IMG/VR virus record: IMGVR_UViG_3300030330_006525
Coordinates: 32,001 to 96,000 of that record
Direction: 5' to 3' (one strand)
From: a virus
Taxonomy: Duplodnaviria; Caudoviricetes
Length of the DNA stretch: 64,000 bases
Made by a program: the position numbers and the translations under genes. The notes below the pieces were generated by a model. The model ran no database searches. It had not been told where the DNA came from and was given only the letters and a program-made list of their open reading frames with translations. Below, piece after piece: positions 8,407-17,183 of this stretch (positions are counted from its first letter, which is position 1; each line of letters opens with the position of its first letter).

Positions 8407-8563
8407 CATTTTTTTGAGAATTTTTTGGGTTTTTTCTCTCGATAGAAATTGCGGCCCTCTGTATCTCATCGACTAGTCCATCGGTCAAGCTAGTGTGTGT
8501 ACCGTTTAGATGTTTTGATAGTTTTAAGATTAAGGCTTCAGTCTTAGTTAAATTAACTGTCAT
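8387..8563 (-). CDS. Hypothetical 58-aa protein (MTVNLTKTEALILKLSKHL...)
   Basis: Hand translated; fills gap. Confidence 0.45.
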   Translation of the reverse strand: MTVNLTKTEALILKLSKHLNGTHTSLTDGLVDEIQRAAISIERKNPKNSQKNVDIKKK

Positions 8564-9008
8564 CGCTTAACCACATTGAATCATAATAGTCAAAACCCCA
8601 TGGGTCATCAGGCTCGTCCATAGTATCATAAGCACTGCTTTTATATCCAGGCTTGCTAGAATCAAAAGCCATACTCATTTGTTTTAAGCCTTTTTGAGTT
8701 TTTTTTTCTGGGCGTTTTGTCTTGCCTAGCAGCTTATTCTTTAACTTCAGCTTTCTCTCATGGTTTTCAATTATAGATACAGCAGTGACTACAAACTGGT
8801 TAGGGTCACCGCCTTGATAAACTCTAACCTTCTCTCCATCATCAAGTGTTAACACTGGGTCTCCAACACGGACATCCCTGTGAGTAACTAAGTCCATTGG
8901 AGATATCTGGATTTTGCTATCTTCTACTGTAAATTTGCCATTTGAGCAGCAATGCGCTCTAAGTCTTTCGCCATTGTGTAAAAATGAAATGCTTTTAATC
9001 TTTTTCAT
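8553..9008 (-). CDS. Hypothetical protein
   Basis: Coupled ORF. Confidence 0.65.
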   Translation of the reverse strand: MKKIKSISFLHNGERLRAHCCSNGKFTVEDSKIQISPMDLVTHRDVRVGDPVLTLDDGEKVRVYQGGDPNQFVVTAVSIIENHERKLKLKNKLLGKTKRPEKKTQKGLKQMSMAFDSSKPGYKSSAYDTMDEPDDPWGFDYYDSMWLSDDS

Positions 9009-9237
9009 AGTCTTTTAAATTCCTTAACATATCTTCTGGATAGTTTATTGTTCCTCTTTTCTCGGAAACATACACCGTCCACCAAGCGATATCAAACGAT
9101 TCAGGTGCTATCTTTTTAATTAGAATTCCTTTCTCAGAAAAGGGAAGACATTTTTCATAAAAAAAGCTGCCTTTCCTTAGACAGCTCTCACTTTTATCTG
9201 GTGTAACTACAACGTAGTCTCCAGGTTTAAAGCTCAT
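8995..9237 (-). CDS. Small KOW/SH3-like protein
   Basis: FKPGDYV...GILIKK...WWTVYV. Confidence 0.75.
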   Translation of the reverse strand: MSFKPGDYVVVTPDKSESCLRKGSFFYEKCLPFSEKGILIKKIAPESFDIAWWTVYVSEKRGTINYPEDMLRNLKDYEKD

Positions 9238-9419
9238 GGGTTGACTTTCTTTACACCAGAAAGCGTAGTAACCACTTGTTTACTCTTCCTGCTTGAAAGA
9301 ACAGTGATTAACTTATCGTCTTCAAATATACTTGATTCACTGATATCAATAACAATTCCAACATCAACAGTATCACCTTTGCCAATTGCGTTTTGGACTA
9401 GATCTCCAACCTTAATCAT
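9234..9419 (-). CDS. Small KOW/SH3-like protein
   Basis: MIKVGDLV...VGIVIDI. Confidence 0.8.
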   Translation of the reverse strand: MIKVGDLVQNAIGKGDTVDVGIVIDISESSIFEDDKLITVLSSRKSKQVVTTLSGVKKVNP

Positions 9420-9732
9420 CTTGAATATTCCTGTTCGTGGGTAGAGTATATTCTAACTCTTTGATTCTTGAAATAAATTCCTTGTTTGCTTCCGGTATAA
9501 CATCAGTGAACACTTTAAGGATATCAAGAGATGGTTCACAGTATTCACCAATATCAGAAACATAGACAATACACTTACCAAAACTAGTTTTTTCTTTTAT
9601 AATAATTCCAGACTTTCCTTTAACATTGTGGCCCCAAACTTGATAATCTTGTAGAAAGAGAACTTCATGGCCGCGTTTTAATTCATTTTCTTCAGGCAAA
9701 ATAATTTCCTCAATTTTTAAAGCAGCGCCCAT
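9412..9732 (-). CDS. KOW/SH3-like protein
   Basis: Start MGAALK behind GAGGAG SD; LKRGHEV...KGKSGIII...IVYV. Confidence 0.65.
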   Translation of the reverse strand: MGAALKIEEIILPEENELKRGHEVLFLQDYQVWGHNVKGKSGIIIKEKTSFGKCIVYVSDIGEYCEPSLDILKVFTDVIPEANKEFISRIKELEYTLPTNRNIQDD

Positions 9733-9733
9733 C

Positions 9734-10030
9734 TTAGCTCCTCTCTTCAAGTTTAAGCTCTTTATTTTGAGTGAGCAAACCAGCAAGAACCTGACAAAGA
9801 GTGAGCCTATCAATCTCATTTCCCATCATAAGAGATTGACAATTATCTACAATTTCATCTCTCATTAATATAAATATCTTTTCATAAAGGTTTTCTGCTT
9901 CACTGAATTGTTTTTTATTTAGATTGTCTACTCTATGGCCTCTCATCTCTTCGTCGTCAGATTTCCAACTGTAACCAACTAAAGTTCTATCCCAATTTTC
10001 ACGCTTCAGCCGCATAAGACTGTACTCCAT
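9734..10030 (-). CDS. Hypothetical protein
   Basis: Coupled ORF. Confidence 0.6.
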   Translation of the reverse strand: MEYSLMRLKRENWDRTLVGYSWKSDDEEMRGHRVDNLNKKQFSEAENLYEKIFILMRDEIVDNCQSLMMGNEIDRLTLCQVLAGLLTQNKELKLEERS

Positions 10031-10199
10031 TTGCTACTTCAAGTAAGGCATCTGATAAATCATACGCTGAATTTACTTCTATGTCAAGTCTTTTTCCTCC
10101 AATTGTTAAAATAATTGCGCCGTGATATTCTTCTACTTCAACTAAAAGTATATCACCACCAAGAGTTTCGATGTTAAGTGCTTTTTTGTTGGAAAACAT
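9999..10199 (-). CDS. Hypothetical protein
   Basis: SD and promoter upstream. Confidence 0.65.
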   Translation of the reverse strand: MFSNKKALNIETLGGDILLVEVEEYHGAIILTIGGKRLDIEVNSAYDLSDALLEVANGVQSYAAEA

Positions 10200-10224
10200 T
10201 TCCTTCCTTTCATTTTATATTCTT

Positions 10225-10253
10225 ATAATATCAAAGATTTTTTTGTACGTCAA
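10225..10253 (-). promoter_or_regulatory. Sigma70-like promoter TTGACG-N17-TATTAT
   Basis: Intergenic, consensus-like. Confidence 0.7.
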
Positions 10254-10270
10254 GAAAAAATATGGATTTT

Positions 10271-10465
10271 TTATTTGTTATTTATGTTAGAATTATATTG
10301 GTCTTCATATTCAACCACGTCATCAGCATTGACTGTGACACTACCAATAGGTTTCTGTAAAATAAAAACACCTTGGTCTCCGTTAACTTTTATACATTGA
10401 CCAAGGCATTTATATTTTTCAATCCAGAACATCTTATTGGGCTTTAGCTCAATTGCTCTCTTCAT
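10271..10465 (-). CDS. Small hypothetical protein, possibly SH3-like
   Basis: Short beta-rich ORF after the PPIase. Confidence 0.5.
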   Translation of the reverse strand: MKRAIELKPNKMFWIEKYKCLGQCIKVNGDQGVFILQKPIGSVTVNADDVVEYEDQYNSNINNK

Positions 10466-10889
10466 TAATATCGACAACCTCAATGTTAAAAGTTAAGTCT
10501 TGTCCTGCCATAGGATGGTTGAAATCTAGTTCAACTGTACTTTCTTGCTCACTAATAATTCTTGCCAAGAGAGGTCTACCATCTTGCTCGCCTTGAATCA
10601 TAGCTCCAACCTCAAAAGTAAAACCATCTGGAAACATCTCTTTTGAAACCTCATGAATAGCTTCCTGGGTACGTTCACCATAGGCGTCTTCTGGTGTAAG
10701 AGTAAACTCTTTGGCTTCACCCACGGTCATTCCCACAACGTTTTTCTCAAAACCAGGAATCATTTGTCCGGAACCAACTGTAAACTGAATTGGCTCTCCT
10801 CTATCATATGAACTGTCAAACTGACTACCGTCATTCAAAGTTCCCTTGTAGTGTACACTTACTATGTTTCCGTTCGTTACTTTACTCAT
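10449..10889 (-). CDS. FKBP-type peptidyl-prolyl isomerase (SlyD/FkpB-like)
   Basis: VSVHYKGTL, FDSS, GQMIPGFE, PEDAYG, LDFNHPMAGQDLTF. Confidence 0.95.
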   Translation of the reverse strand: MSKVTNGNIVSVHYKGTLNDGSQFDSSYDRGEPIQFTVGSGQMIPGFEKNVVGMTVGEAKEFTLTPEDAYGERTQEAIHEVSKEMFPDGFTFEVGAMIQGEQDGRPLLARIISEQESTVELDFNHPMAGQDLTFNIEVVDINEESN

Positions 10890-10920
10890 TATTAAATCTC
10901 CTTTGTTTTGAGTATGTAAA

Positions 10921-10949
10921 ATTATACCTCACTTAGAGGCAAATGTAAA
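10921..10949 (-). promoter_or_regulatory. Sigma70-like promoter TTTACA-N17-TATAAT
   Basis: Intergenic upstream of the PPIase. Confidence 0.7.
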
Positions 10950-10967
10950 CCTTTTTATCTGCAATGT

Positions 10968-11522
10968 TTATCTATTTCGCCATATCCCCACAATTTTATT
11001 GTAGTGTTCATAACAAAGAGGCTCATATTCTTCAGCCCCTCCAACTTCTATTTGTCTTTGACTCTCCGACTTTCTTCTTGTATAAAAAGCATCAGCATCA
11101 CACATTGAACAGACTGCTGGACATATCTCAATGTTTGTTGCATAAGGCAGCAAGTCTTTTATTTCAGGTAATGGCTTAGGCTCTGATGACAATTGCAAAC
11201 TTGATACCAGTATTGTTCTGTTATTCGCGAACATACTAAGTAACGCCTTCGCTGAATATTGAATCATGAACACTTCATCAACCGCTATAACTTGAGCATC
11301 TTCAGCATTTTCTAAAATATCAATACCTGAATTAACCAGTATAGCTTCGTGTAATTGTCCTGTATGCGTAACCACATTCTGTTTTGAATATCTATTATCA
11401 ATCCTTGGTTTGAATAGCTTCACTTTCTTGTTCTGGTATTTGTATCTTTCTAGTGCAGCTAACAACTTAGTTGTCTTACCGCCAAACATTGGTCCGGTAA
11501 ATATCTTTAGCTCAGCCTTCAT
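10968..11522 (-). CDS. tdk: Thymidine kinase
   Basis: GPMFGGKTT, KPRIDNRY, IAVDE, CSMC, IEVGGAEEYEPLC. Confidence 0.95.
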   Translation of the reverse strand: MKAELKIFTGPMFGGKTTKLLAALERYKYQNKKVKLFKPRIDNRYSKQNVVTHTGQLHEAILVNSGIDILENAEDAQVIAVDEVFMIQYSAKALLSMFANNRTILVSSLQLSSEPKPLPEIKDLLPYATNIEICPAVCSMCDADAFYTRRKSESQRQIEVGGAEEYEPLCYEHYNKIVGIWRNR

Positions 11523-11650
11523 ACTGAAAAAGTTTCCTTCATTATTTCCTTAACTATGAGGTTCGTCAGTCTGTTTATATCTTCTTCCATCATAAAAGAA
11601 GCATGCTGTCTTAGTATCTTTTCGACGGCCTTGTGTATTTTCTGTCTCAT
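11519..11650 (-). CDS. Hypothetical 43-aa protein (MRQKIHKAVEKILRQHASF...)
   Basis: Hand translated; ATGA overlap with tdk. Confidence 0.5.
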   Translation of the reverse strand: MRQKIHKAVEKILRQHASFMMEEDINRLTNLIVKEIMKETFSV

Positions 11651-11666
11651 TTTTCATCTCCAGAAT

Positions 11667-11743
11667 TGGTCCACCCCCAGGGAATTGAACCCTGCTTTAG
11701 GACGCTTATAAGACGCCCCCTAACCACCAGCCAGCCGAGGTGG
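11667..11743 (-). tRNA. tRNA-Ile(TAT), atypical D-arm, CCA encoded
   Basis: CCACCTC/GGGGTGG acceptor, A discriminator + CCA, anticodon loop CTTATAA, T-arm CAGGG-TTCAATT-CCCTG. Confidence 0.75.
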
Positions 11744-11748
11744 AGAAG

Positions 11749-11821
11749 AGCCCGCGATAGGACTTGAACCTACAACCTATTGATTACAAATCAATTGCTC
11801 TACCAATTGAGCTACACGGGC
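11749..11821 (-). tRNA. tRNA-Thr(TGT), no encoded CCA
   Basis: GCCCGTG/CGCGGGC acceptor, TTTGTAA loop, canonical D and T arms. Confidence 0.93.
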
Positions 11822-11836
11822 GATTTTGTTATATTA

Positions 11837-11865
11837 TTTATAGCATTTATTTTTCAAGAATGCAA
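11837..11865 (-). promoter_or_regulatory. Sigma70-like promoter TTGCAT-N17-TATAAA upstream of the tRNA pair
   Basis: Intergenic, immediately 5' of tRNA-Thr. Confidence 0.6.
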
Positions 11866-11876
11866 GAGAAAAAATA

Positions 11877-12308
11877 CTATTTTTCAAAAATTATTATGCA
11901 TCCAGGGTTTGCCGGATCATCTTCCGGACGATAATCATATTCAATTGAGATTTTTCTAACAATATCTTTCATGCGATTAGAACTACCTGTGATTATTCTT
12001 GTTGGTATCTCAGCCCAATTTAAATACTGTCTTACTTTTTCTGGAGCGTCAACGTGTTTTGTTCCATGCAAGTCTAACCTCCTACCTTTCTTCTTTTTTC
12101 TTCTATGTTTCAATGATGAATACCCTAAGTCTAATCTGCCTTTATCTATACTCTCCCATAACTTACTGGTTCTAATCCTTAGATTCCCCATACTATCTAA
12201 CGTATAATAAGTAAATTGAGATGTCTTTCTTGTTACAATGCCAACTAATCTCATTGGTTTGTTTATTATAATGTCACCAGCTTTTATTTTATATTCATAC
12301 TTCAGCAA
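11877..12308 (-). CDS. KOW/SH3 + Smr domain protein
   Basis: IKAGDII...VGIVTR at the N-terminus; LDLHG...RIITGSS...NPGCII Smr motifs at the C-terminus. Confidence 0.8.
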   Translation of the reverse strand: MLKYEYKIKAGDIIINKPMRLVGIVTRKTSQFTYYTLDSMGNLRIRTSKLWESIDKGRLDLGYSSLKHRRKKKKGRRLDLHGTKHVDAPEKVRQYLNWAEIPTRIITGSSNRMKDIVRKISIEYDYRPEDDPANPGCIIIFEK

Positions 12309-12477
12309 TTATCCAATCTCCATTTTCTTCAACTAGCCTTAAATTATAAAAGTGGTCAATAGTTTCAAAGCCGGATTGCCACCAAATTTTATAAGTATAG
12401 CCCTCTGCCTCTCTGACAAGTATTCCAACTCCCCAATGACTAAAACTTTTATGAAATACTAAATCACCAACTTTCAT
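12295..12477 (-). CDS. Small KOW/SH3-like protein
   Basis: MKVGDLVFHK...WGVGILV...KIWW. Confidence 0.8.
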   Translation of the reverse strand: MKVGDLVFHKSFSHWGVGILVREAEGYTYKIWWQSGFETIDHFYNLRLVEENGDWIIAEV

Positions 12478-12500
12478 TATACAAGAAACCTCTTGTAATG

Positions 12501-12764
12501 TCAAGAGGAATATTTTCTAAGCCAATTAATTCCTATCCAACCTATTCTATCATTCTTGAATCGTTTGTCTTTTCTAAACCTATACTTAAAGAAGTATTTG
12601 TTTTTAACTCCTGGTAGCATACAAACCAATACTTTAGACTTTCTTGTTAAAGGGTCTGGCTCCCCATCTATCTCTAGAACTAAAGCTGCCCATTCGCTAT
12701 CTGGGTATAATATATGCCTGACTAAATCTCCAACAGATAGTTTATCTGGCTTGAATAATTTCAC
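12501..12764 (-). CDS. KOW/SH3-like protein
   Basis: LSVGDLVRH...ALVLEI. Confidence 0.75.
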   Translation of the reverse strand: MKLFKPDKLSVGDLVRHILYPDSEWAALVLEIDGEPDPLTRKSKVLVCMLPGVKNKYFFKYRFRKDKRFKNDRIGWIGINWLRKYSS

Positions 12765-12873
12765 CTTTTTGTTTGTCTATATCTTTTTGAGCTATATGCG
12801 AGACAATACCAAAAGCTATCAATGCTGCAGCCCATAATATACAAACAGTAACTATGAAACGATTATCCTGCAA
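12742..12873 (-). CDS. 43-aa single-TM peptide (MQDNRFIVTVCILWAAALIAFGIVSHIAQ...)
   Basis: Hand translated from TTG; clear hydrophobic helix. Confidence 0.5.
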   Translation of the reverse strand: MQDNRFIVTVCILWAAALIAFGIVSHIAQKDIDKQKGEIIQAR

Positions 12874-12932
12874 TTCCTAACCTGCTCATATAGATTAATA
12901 CTCCTGTTATAATTAATGCTAAAATATGTAAT

Positions 12933-13520
12933 TTAATGTTCTGCATTAAAATTATTAATCTCCACCAATGCTGCTAAGTCGTACTTATACTTTGTAGACA
13001 AGTCACCTCTTCTTCTTTTGTTTGCATCTTCAACACACTTTAGTATATGAAAATAAGACTTTTCTAAGTTTATAAAGAATTCTACACCAGACAACAAAGA
13101 AATAAAAGATGCTCTGATATAAGAACGGTCAATACTTCTTACAGGAATTATTACATTGTTCTTGTTTTTAAATTCCATTAAAACTTCTGCTACAGCATCA
13201 GTACCTTTCTTTGTCTTCTTAAAGTCTGGTAAGACTGAAAACCCTACCAATGCAATATTATTAAGGGAAGAGTAATCTTTTGAATATTTCTCTAGCAAAG
13301 GTTTTGAGAAAGCATGAATAGCACCTTTTTTACTTTCTCCCTCTAAAACAAAACTGTCTGCGTTATCTGTCATATCGACAGCAACGTATGTAATATTTTC
13401 TTTAAAGTTTTCTTTGATGTCTATGCTTTGAATTGAGAATGTAATCTTATCATCCTTCAAATACTTTTTCATCGTATTCTCAACGGATACTCTTTTGTGT
13501 TCACCTGGTGTACGAGACAC
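12933..13520 (-). CDS. Stand-alone LeuA/CimA allosteric (dimerisation) domain-like protein
   Basis: GESKKGAIHAF...YSSLNNIALVGFSV...GTDAVAEV...IRASFISL resembles GxGPVDAL...YPxLxxxxLxDYxV...GTDAxVxV...IxASxxAL. Confidence 0.6.
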   Translation of the reverse strand: MSRTPGEHKRVSVENTMKKYLKDDKITFSIQSIDIKENFKENITYVAVDMTDNADSFVLEGESKKGAIHAFSKPLLEKYSKDYSSLNNIALVGFSVLPDFKKTKKGTDAVAEVLMEFKNKNNVIIPVRSIDRSYIRASFISLLSGVEFFINLEKSYFHILKCVEDANKRRRGDLSTKYKYDLAALVEINNFNAEH

Positions 13521-15880
13521 TATTCAATCCTTTCTAGTTTAGATGATACTTTATACACTCTTTTTACGTTTGGAATCCTCTTTAGCTTTCCTATAATCCT
13601 CGCCTTGATTTCTTCTGGAGAATTAAACTCGCCTCTTATGCTTGGTGTATATTTAATTGCAAGGCCAGCAATGTATTGTCCTTCTGATATCTTTTCATTA
13701 GACACCATCACTGTTACAATAGTTACATGTTCAATTGCGCGAATATCAGTTAGTACATCTTCAAGACCTCTGCGGTTCTCGTTAGTGATACCGTAACCAA
13801 GCATACAATAGAATCTATAGATACCTCGCTGTCTGCTGCGATCTTTCTCTTCTGTAAACTGAGCAAAGTAGTCTTGTATTTCGTTGTCCGCACTTTCACC
13901 TAATCCGCTTTGCTTGTTAAACTCTTCTGCGTTTATCAATTGTGTAGCGGTTTCTTTAACAGCTTTGGCAAACATATCTTCATTGTCTTGAATATACTTT
14001 GCTATGCTAGCTATACCTTTAATGTTCTCAACACTTGGCTTTAAGGTCTGCCCTGAAATTTCTCTTCTAACAGGGTTGAGAATGTTAACATTAACAAAGA
14101 AAGATAGTGCGTGATCTCCAAGAGCAGTTGTTTTTATCTTGATTGCTTTAACAAGCAATTTATATTTAGGAATTGACTTTCTTATAAATCCTACGGATGG
14201 TAATTCAGGAAGATTAGGGATTGGCAAGTCTTGTTGCTTTGCTAACTCGTCAGCTATTTCTGTAGATATATCCTCAAGATAACGAAGAGTTCTTTGAGTA
14301 TAAGAACTATTCATACCAGTAACAGCTGCTTTTATATAATCATCTGATAATTTATCCGGAGCAGTCTCTATCTTATCTGACATGTCTATCAAGACATAAT
14401 CTTTTTTCTTTGGTAAATCATTAGGACTTATTATCTTTCCGTGATAAACAACAAACTTCTTTTTTAAGACTGCGAATATACCTTCGTGATCATTATTAGC
14501 AATGGCATAGCCATCAAGGTCAGATAACAAATGCTCTTCTTTATCTCTAATCCTTTTCTGGGTATCAGAAACAGCAGTGTGCTTCATATACCCCTCTTTC
14601 CTTAAATGGTCTGCTAATACTGACTCAATATCTATAGCTCGCTCTCTGCTAATACCTAGATTGTAGAGCCAATCATCAAAGCCGTTTGGATTAGGTTCAT
14701 AATTTTCTGGACTTATTCTTAATAAGATACCATCTGATTGAACGTCAACTTCTTCGACGCCATAGTAACTGGCTTCTTGGTCTAAGACTTCTCTGATATC
14801 ATCCATAAACTGTTGCGAATCAGAGCCAAAACTATCTGGCATCTCTTCTTCACCTAATTGGTCATCGTCTATTCTAAAGAAATAATCGCCGCCAAACGAA
14901 AGATAGTCACCACCACTGCCGTCTTCCATCACCTCATAGTAAGCGCTAAAACTATCTGGTGGTCTGTTATTTTGTGTCCACTCTTCAAGAATCTTTTCAG
15001 CCTTTTCTTCAAATCCGCTTTCTGGCGGGTTTTCTTCTATTACATCTCTTCCATATTGGATTATATCTGAGTATGCTTCTGCAGCGTCGGGTTGGTCGAT
15101 ACCCGCTTCAATCATTGCCTTGTATAAGATATCTGGATCGTGCCTATCATCTGATGCATCGTATGCTTCTTCTACATCGTATTCAGAATCAATTGCCGAG
15201 GAGTTGCCGCCAGGCGCAAATACAAGTGCTATTTTATGATAAACATGGTCTTCAGGTAGTTTGTCAATCCTAACCATGACAAAAGCTCTGCCCTCTTCAG
15301 TGTATTGTTGGAAGTAGTTTTTTGACTGTGTTGCTGATATGCACCACCTTGTGTTCCTTCCATAATAGCAAGATGCCTGGGTGGTATTCGGTCTAATTGC
15401 AAAGACGCCATGGTCTTCATAAATAAAAGTAGAACCAGCTTTAGCTGCTGCTTTTTCTTTTTCTCTCTTTTGCTTTTGTGTATCTTCCTTCTCTATCTTA
15501 TCAATTGCCTGCTGTAACTGTGAAGCATTATATCTATAGATATCTTTCTCTTCCATCCTTTGAGCGTTTCTTTGGAAACCAAAGACGGCTTGAAGAAGCT
15601 CTTCTGCTACTGTAGTATTAGCCTGGTTTTCGCCTGGAGCTTCTAGGTCTTCGTCAACCTCACCGTCCGTGATAGGATAGTTACTGGCCAGCTCACGCAT
15701 AGTCCACTGCAAATACTTAGCCACACCCTTCTGTCCAAGTGTGCTTTCAATGTTTTGACGAAACCAATCTAGCCAGCCCATCTCTGTGAACTGAGGAAAT
15801 TGTTTCTTTACATCTTTAACTTTTGCTTCCAAAAGTGCATTTTCGTTGAGATAATTTATCCAGGTGCGTTGATTAAACAT
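13520..15880 (-). CDS. Large phage protein with PcfJ-like ASCYYG..TRWC domain; probable head-internal protein
   Basis: RPNTTQASCYYGRNTRWCISA...NYFQQY; YLNE/LLEA N-terminus; CTAATTA motif upstream. Confidence 0.55.
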   Translation of the reverse strand: MFNQRTWINYLNENALLEAKVKDVKKQFPQFTEMGWLDWFRQNIESTLGQKGVAKYLQWTMRELASNYPITDGEVDEDLEAPGENQANTTVAEELLQAVFGFQRNAQRMEEKDIYRYNASQLQQAIDKIEKEDTQKQKREKEKAAAKAGSTFIYEDHGVFAIRPNTTQASCYYGRNTRWCISATQSKNYFQQYTEEGRAFVMVRIDKLPEDHVYHKIALVFAPGGNSSAIDSEYDVEEAYDASDDRHDPDILYKAMIEAGIDQPDAAEAYSDIIQYGRDVIEENPPESGFEEKAEKILEEWTQNNRPPDSFSAYYEVMEDGSGGDYLSFGGDYFFRIDDDQLGEEEMPDSFGSDSQQFMDDIREVLDQEASYYGVEEVDVQSDGILLRISPENYEPNPNGFDDWLYNLGISRERAIDIESVLADHLRKEGYMKHTAVSDTQKRIRDKEEHLLSDLDGYAIANNDHEGIFAVLKKKFVVYHGKIISPNDLPKKKDYVLIDMSDKIETAPDKLSDDYIKAAVTGMNSSYTQRTLRYLEDISTEIADELAKQQDLPIPNLPELPSVGFIRKSIPKYKLLVKAIKIKTTALGDHALSFFVNVNILNPVRREISGQTLKPSVENIKGIASIAKYIQDNEDMFAKAVKETATQLINAEEFNKQSGLGESADNEIQDYFAQFTEEKDRSRQRGIYRFYCMLGYGITNENRRGLEDVLTDIRAIEHVTIVTVMVSNEKISEGQYIAGLAIKYTPSIRGEFNSPEEIKARIIGKLKRIPNVKRVYKVSSKLERIE

Positions 15881-15914
15881 AGTTAGAGTATACCCTTTTT
15901 ACTATAATTAGTAA

Positions 15915-15947
15915 AGGGGATAACAAAGATTCCTTTATTATCCCCTC
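15915..15947 (-). terminator. Hairpin AGGGGATAA...TTATCCCCT after hsp20
   Basis: 9-bp inverted repeat, short U-tract. Confidence 0.55.
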
Positions 15948-15975
15948 TAAGGTTATTGAAGTAGTTGTTATGTTT

Positions 15976-16374
15976 CTACTTTATTGTGATTGTTCTTCGC
16001 GGTGGAGTTGCAGTCTCTTCGCGAGGAATCGAAATGGTAATAATACCATTGTCTGCAGACGCCGTAACCCTTTCGATGTCTGCATTTTCAGGGAGTGCCC
16101 ATGACTTCTTGAAAGACTTTGTAGCAATACTACTGACTGTCTCTTCCTTTTGATCATATGAGACAGTCATAGTATTGTTATTAATATCAATACCAATCTC
16201 ATCCTTTGGGACTCCCGGCACCACAAGACTGATTTGATGTCCAATGTCTGTGGTTTGTACATTACTAGCGGGACCCGCTGGTCTTTGCATTGGAAAAGCA
16301 AAGAGCTTATCTAAGACATCATCAATCTCTACACTAGTGTTAATTGGCCTGTGCCAAGTTGTTAAAAAGCTCAT
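15976..16374 (-). CDS. Small heat-shock protein Hsp20
   Basis: VPGVPKDEI, SFKKSWALPENAD, ADNGIITISIPR. Confidence 0.93.
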   Translation of the reverse strand: MSFLTTWHRPINTSVEIDDVLDKLFAFPMQRPAGPASNVQTTDIGHQISLVVPGVPKDEIGIDINNNTMTVSYDQKEETVSSIATKSFKKSWALPENADIERVTASADNGIITISIPREETATPPRRTITIK

Positions 16375-16418
16375 AACGTTTACCTCCTATAGTTGCTATG
16401 TGTTTTGAGCACATCTAT

Positions 16419-16446
16419 ATTATAAACACAATCAATAATATGTCAA
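16419..16446 (-). promoter_or_regulatory. Sigma70-like promoter TTGACA-N16-TATAAT for hsp20
   Basis: Perfect hexamers. Confidence 0.75.
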
Positions 16447-16456
16447 GTAATTTTAT

Positions 16457-16795
16457 CTAATTATTTTCAAGTTTTACACCAGAAAATTCTAGCTCTGTTA
16501 GAATTTGCATTATGATTCTTACCATCTCTGATAGCCTCAAGGCGTCCTCTTGCTTTATCGACATCGCAGTTAAGTCATCCCAACTTATGGACTCGTCTTT
16601 ACCAAAGCGTTTTAATAAACCCTTCATGAATCTATAGATGACTATTGAATTTGCATACAACTCTAACACTAAAATCTTTTGGTCTTCCCTTAGAGGACAC
16701 AGTGTATTATAATGTGACTCTAAAAGAGAATCTGTTTTTGTCATGTAAGCTCTTAATTGGTCAAAGAAATTTTGTGTGCTTGTTTTGTCAAACAT
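16457..16795 (-). CDS. Hypothetical protein
   Basis: Coupled ORF. Confidence 0.65.
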   Translation of the reverse strand: MFDKTSTQNFFDQLRAYMTKTDSLLESHYNTLCPLREDQKILVLELYANSIVIYRFMKGLLKRFGKDESISWDDLTAMSIKQEDALRLSEMVRIIMQILTELEFSGVKLENN

Positions 16796-17183
16796 TCTTA
16801 CCCTTTCCCCAAAAATGTTTACTCTTTTTCATGTCAGTTATCAACAAAGCAGAAACCAACTTCTCTCCATCTTTCTCAACAATCTTTGCTTTGTATTTCT
16901 GCAGAGTACCATATTTTGGTTTAGGGTCTTTCTTTGCATACTTCTTTCTTTTGGGCGGTAGGTTTAAATAAGAAACACAGCCATCAACAATCTCATCATG
17001 AGTGTATCCTTGTTCTAATAAGTCGTTCAGATTAGCCTTGATATACGCTCCAACCACCCAACGCTTAGAACCATACTCTGGGACATCCCAGAAATCTGAA
17101 CCATGATATCTTCCGTATCTTTTCTTGCCATCATCCTCAAATGAATACTCATTTATAGGTAATAGTACACATTCTATTAACAT
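16788..17183 (-). CDS. Hypothetical protein
   Basis: Coupled ORF. Confidence 0.7.
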   Translation of the reverse strand: MLIECVLLPINEYSFEDDGKKRYGRYHGSDFWDVPEYGSKRWVVGAYIKANLNDLLEQGYTHDEIVDGCVSYLNLPPKRKKYAKKDPKPKYGTLQKYKAKIVEKDGEKLVSALLITDMKKSKHFWGKGKNV

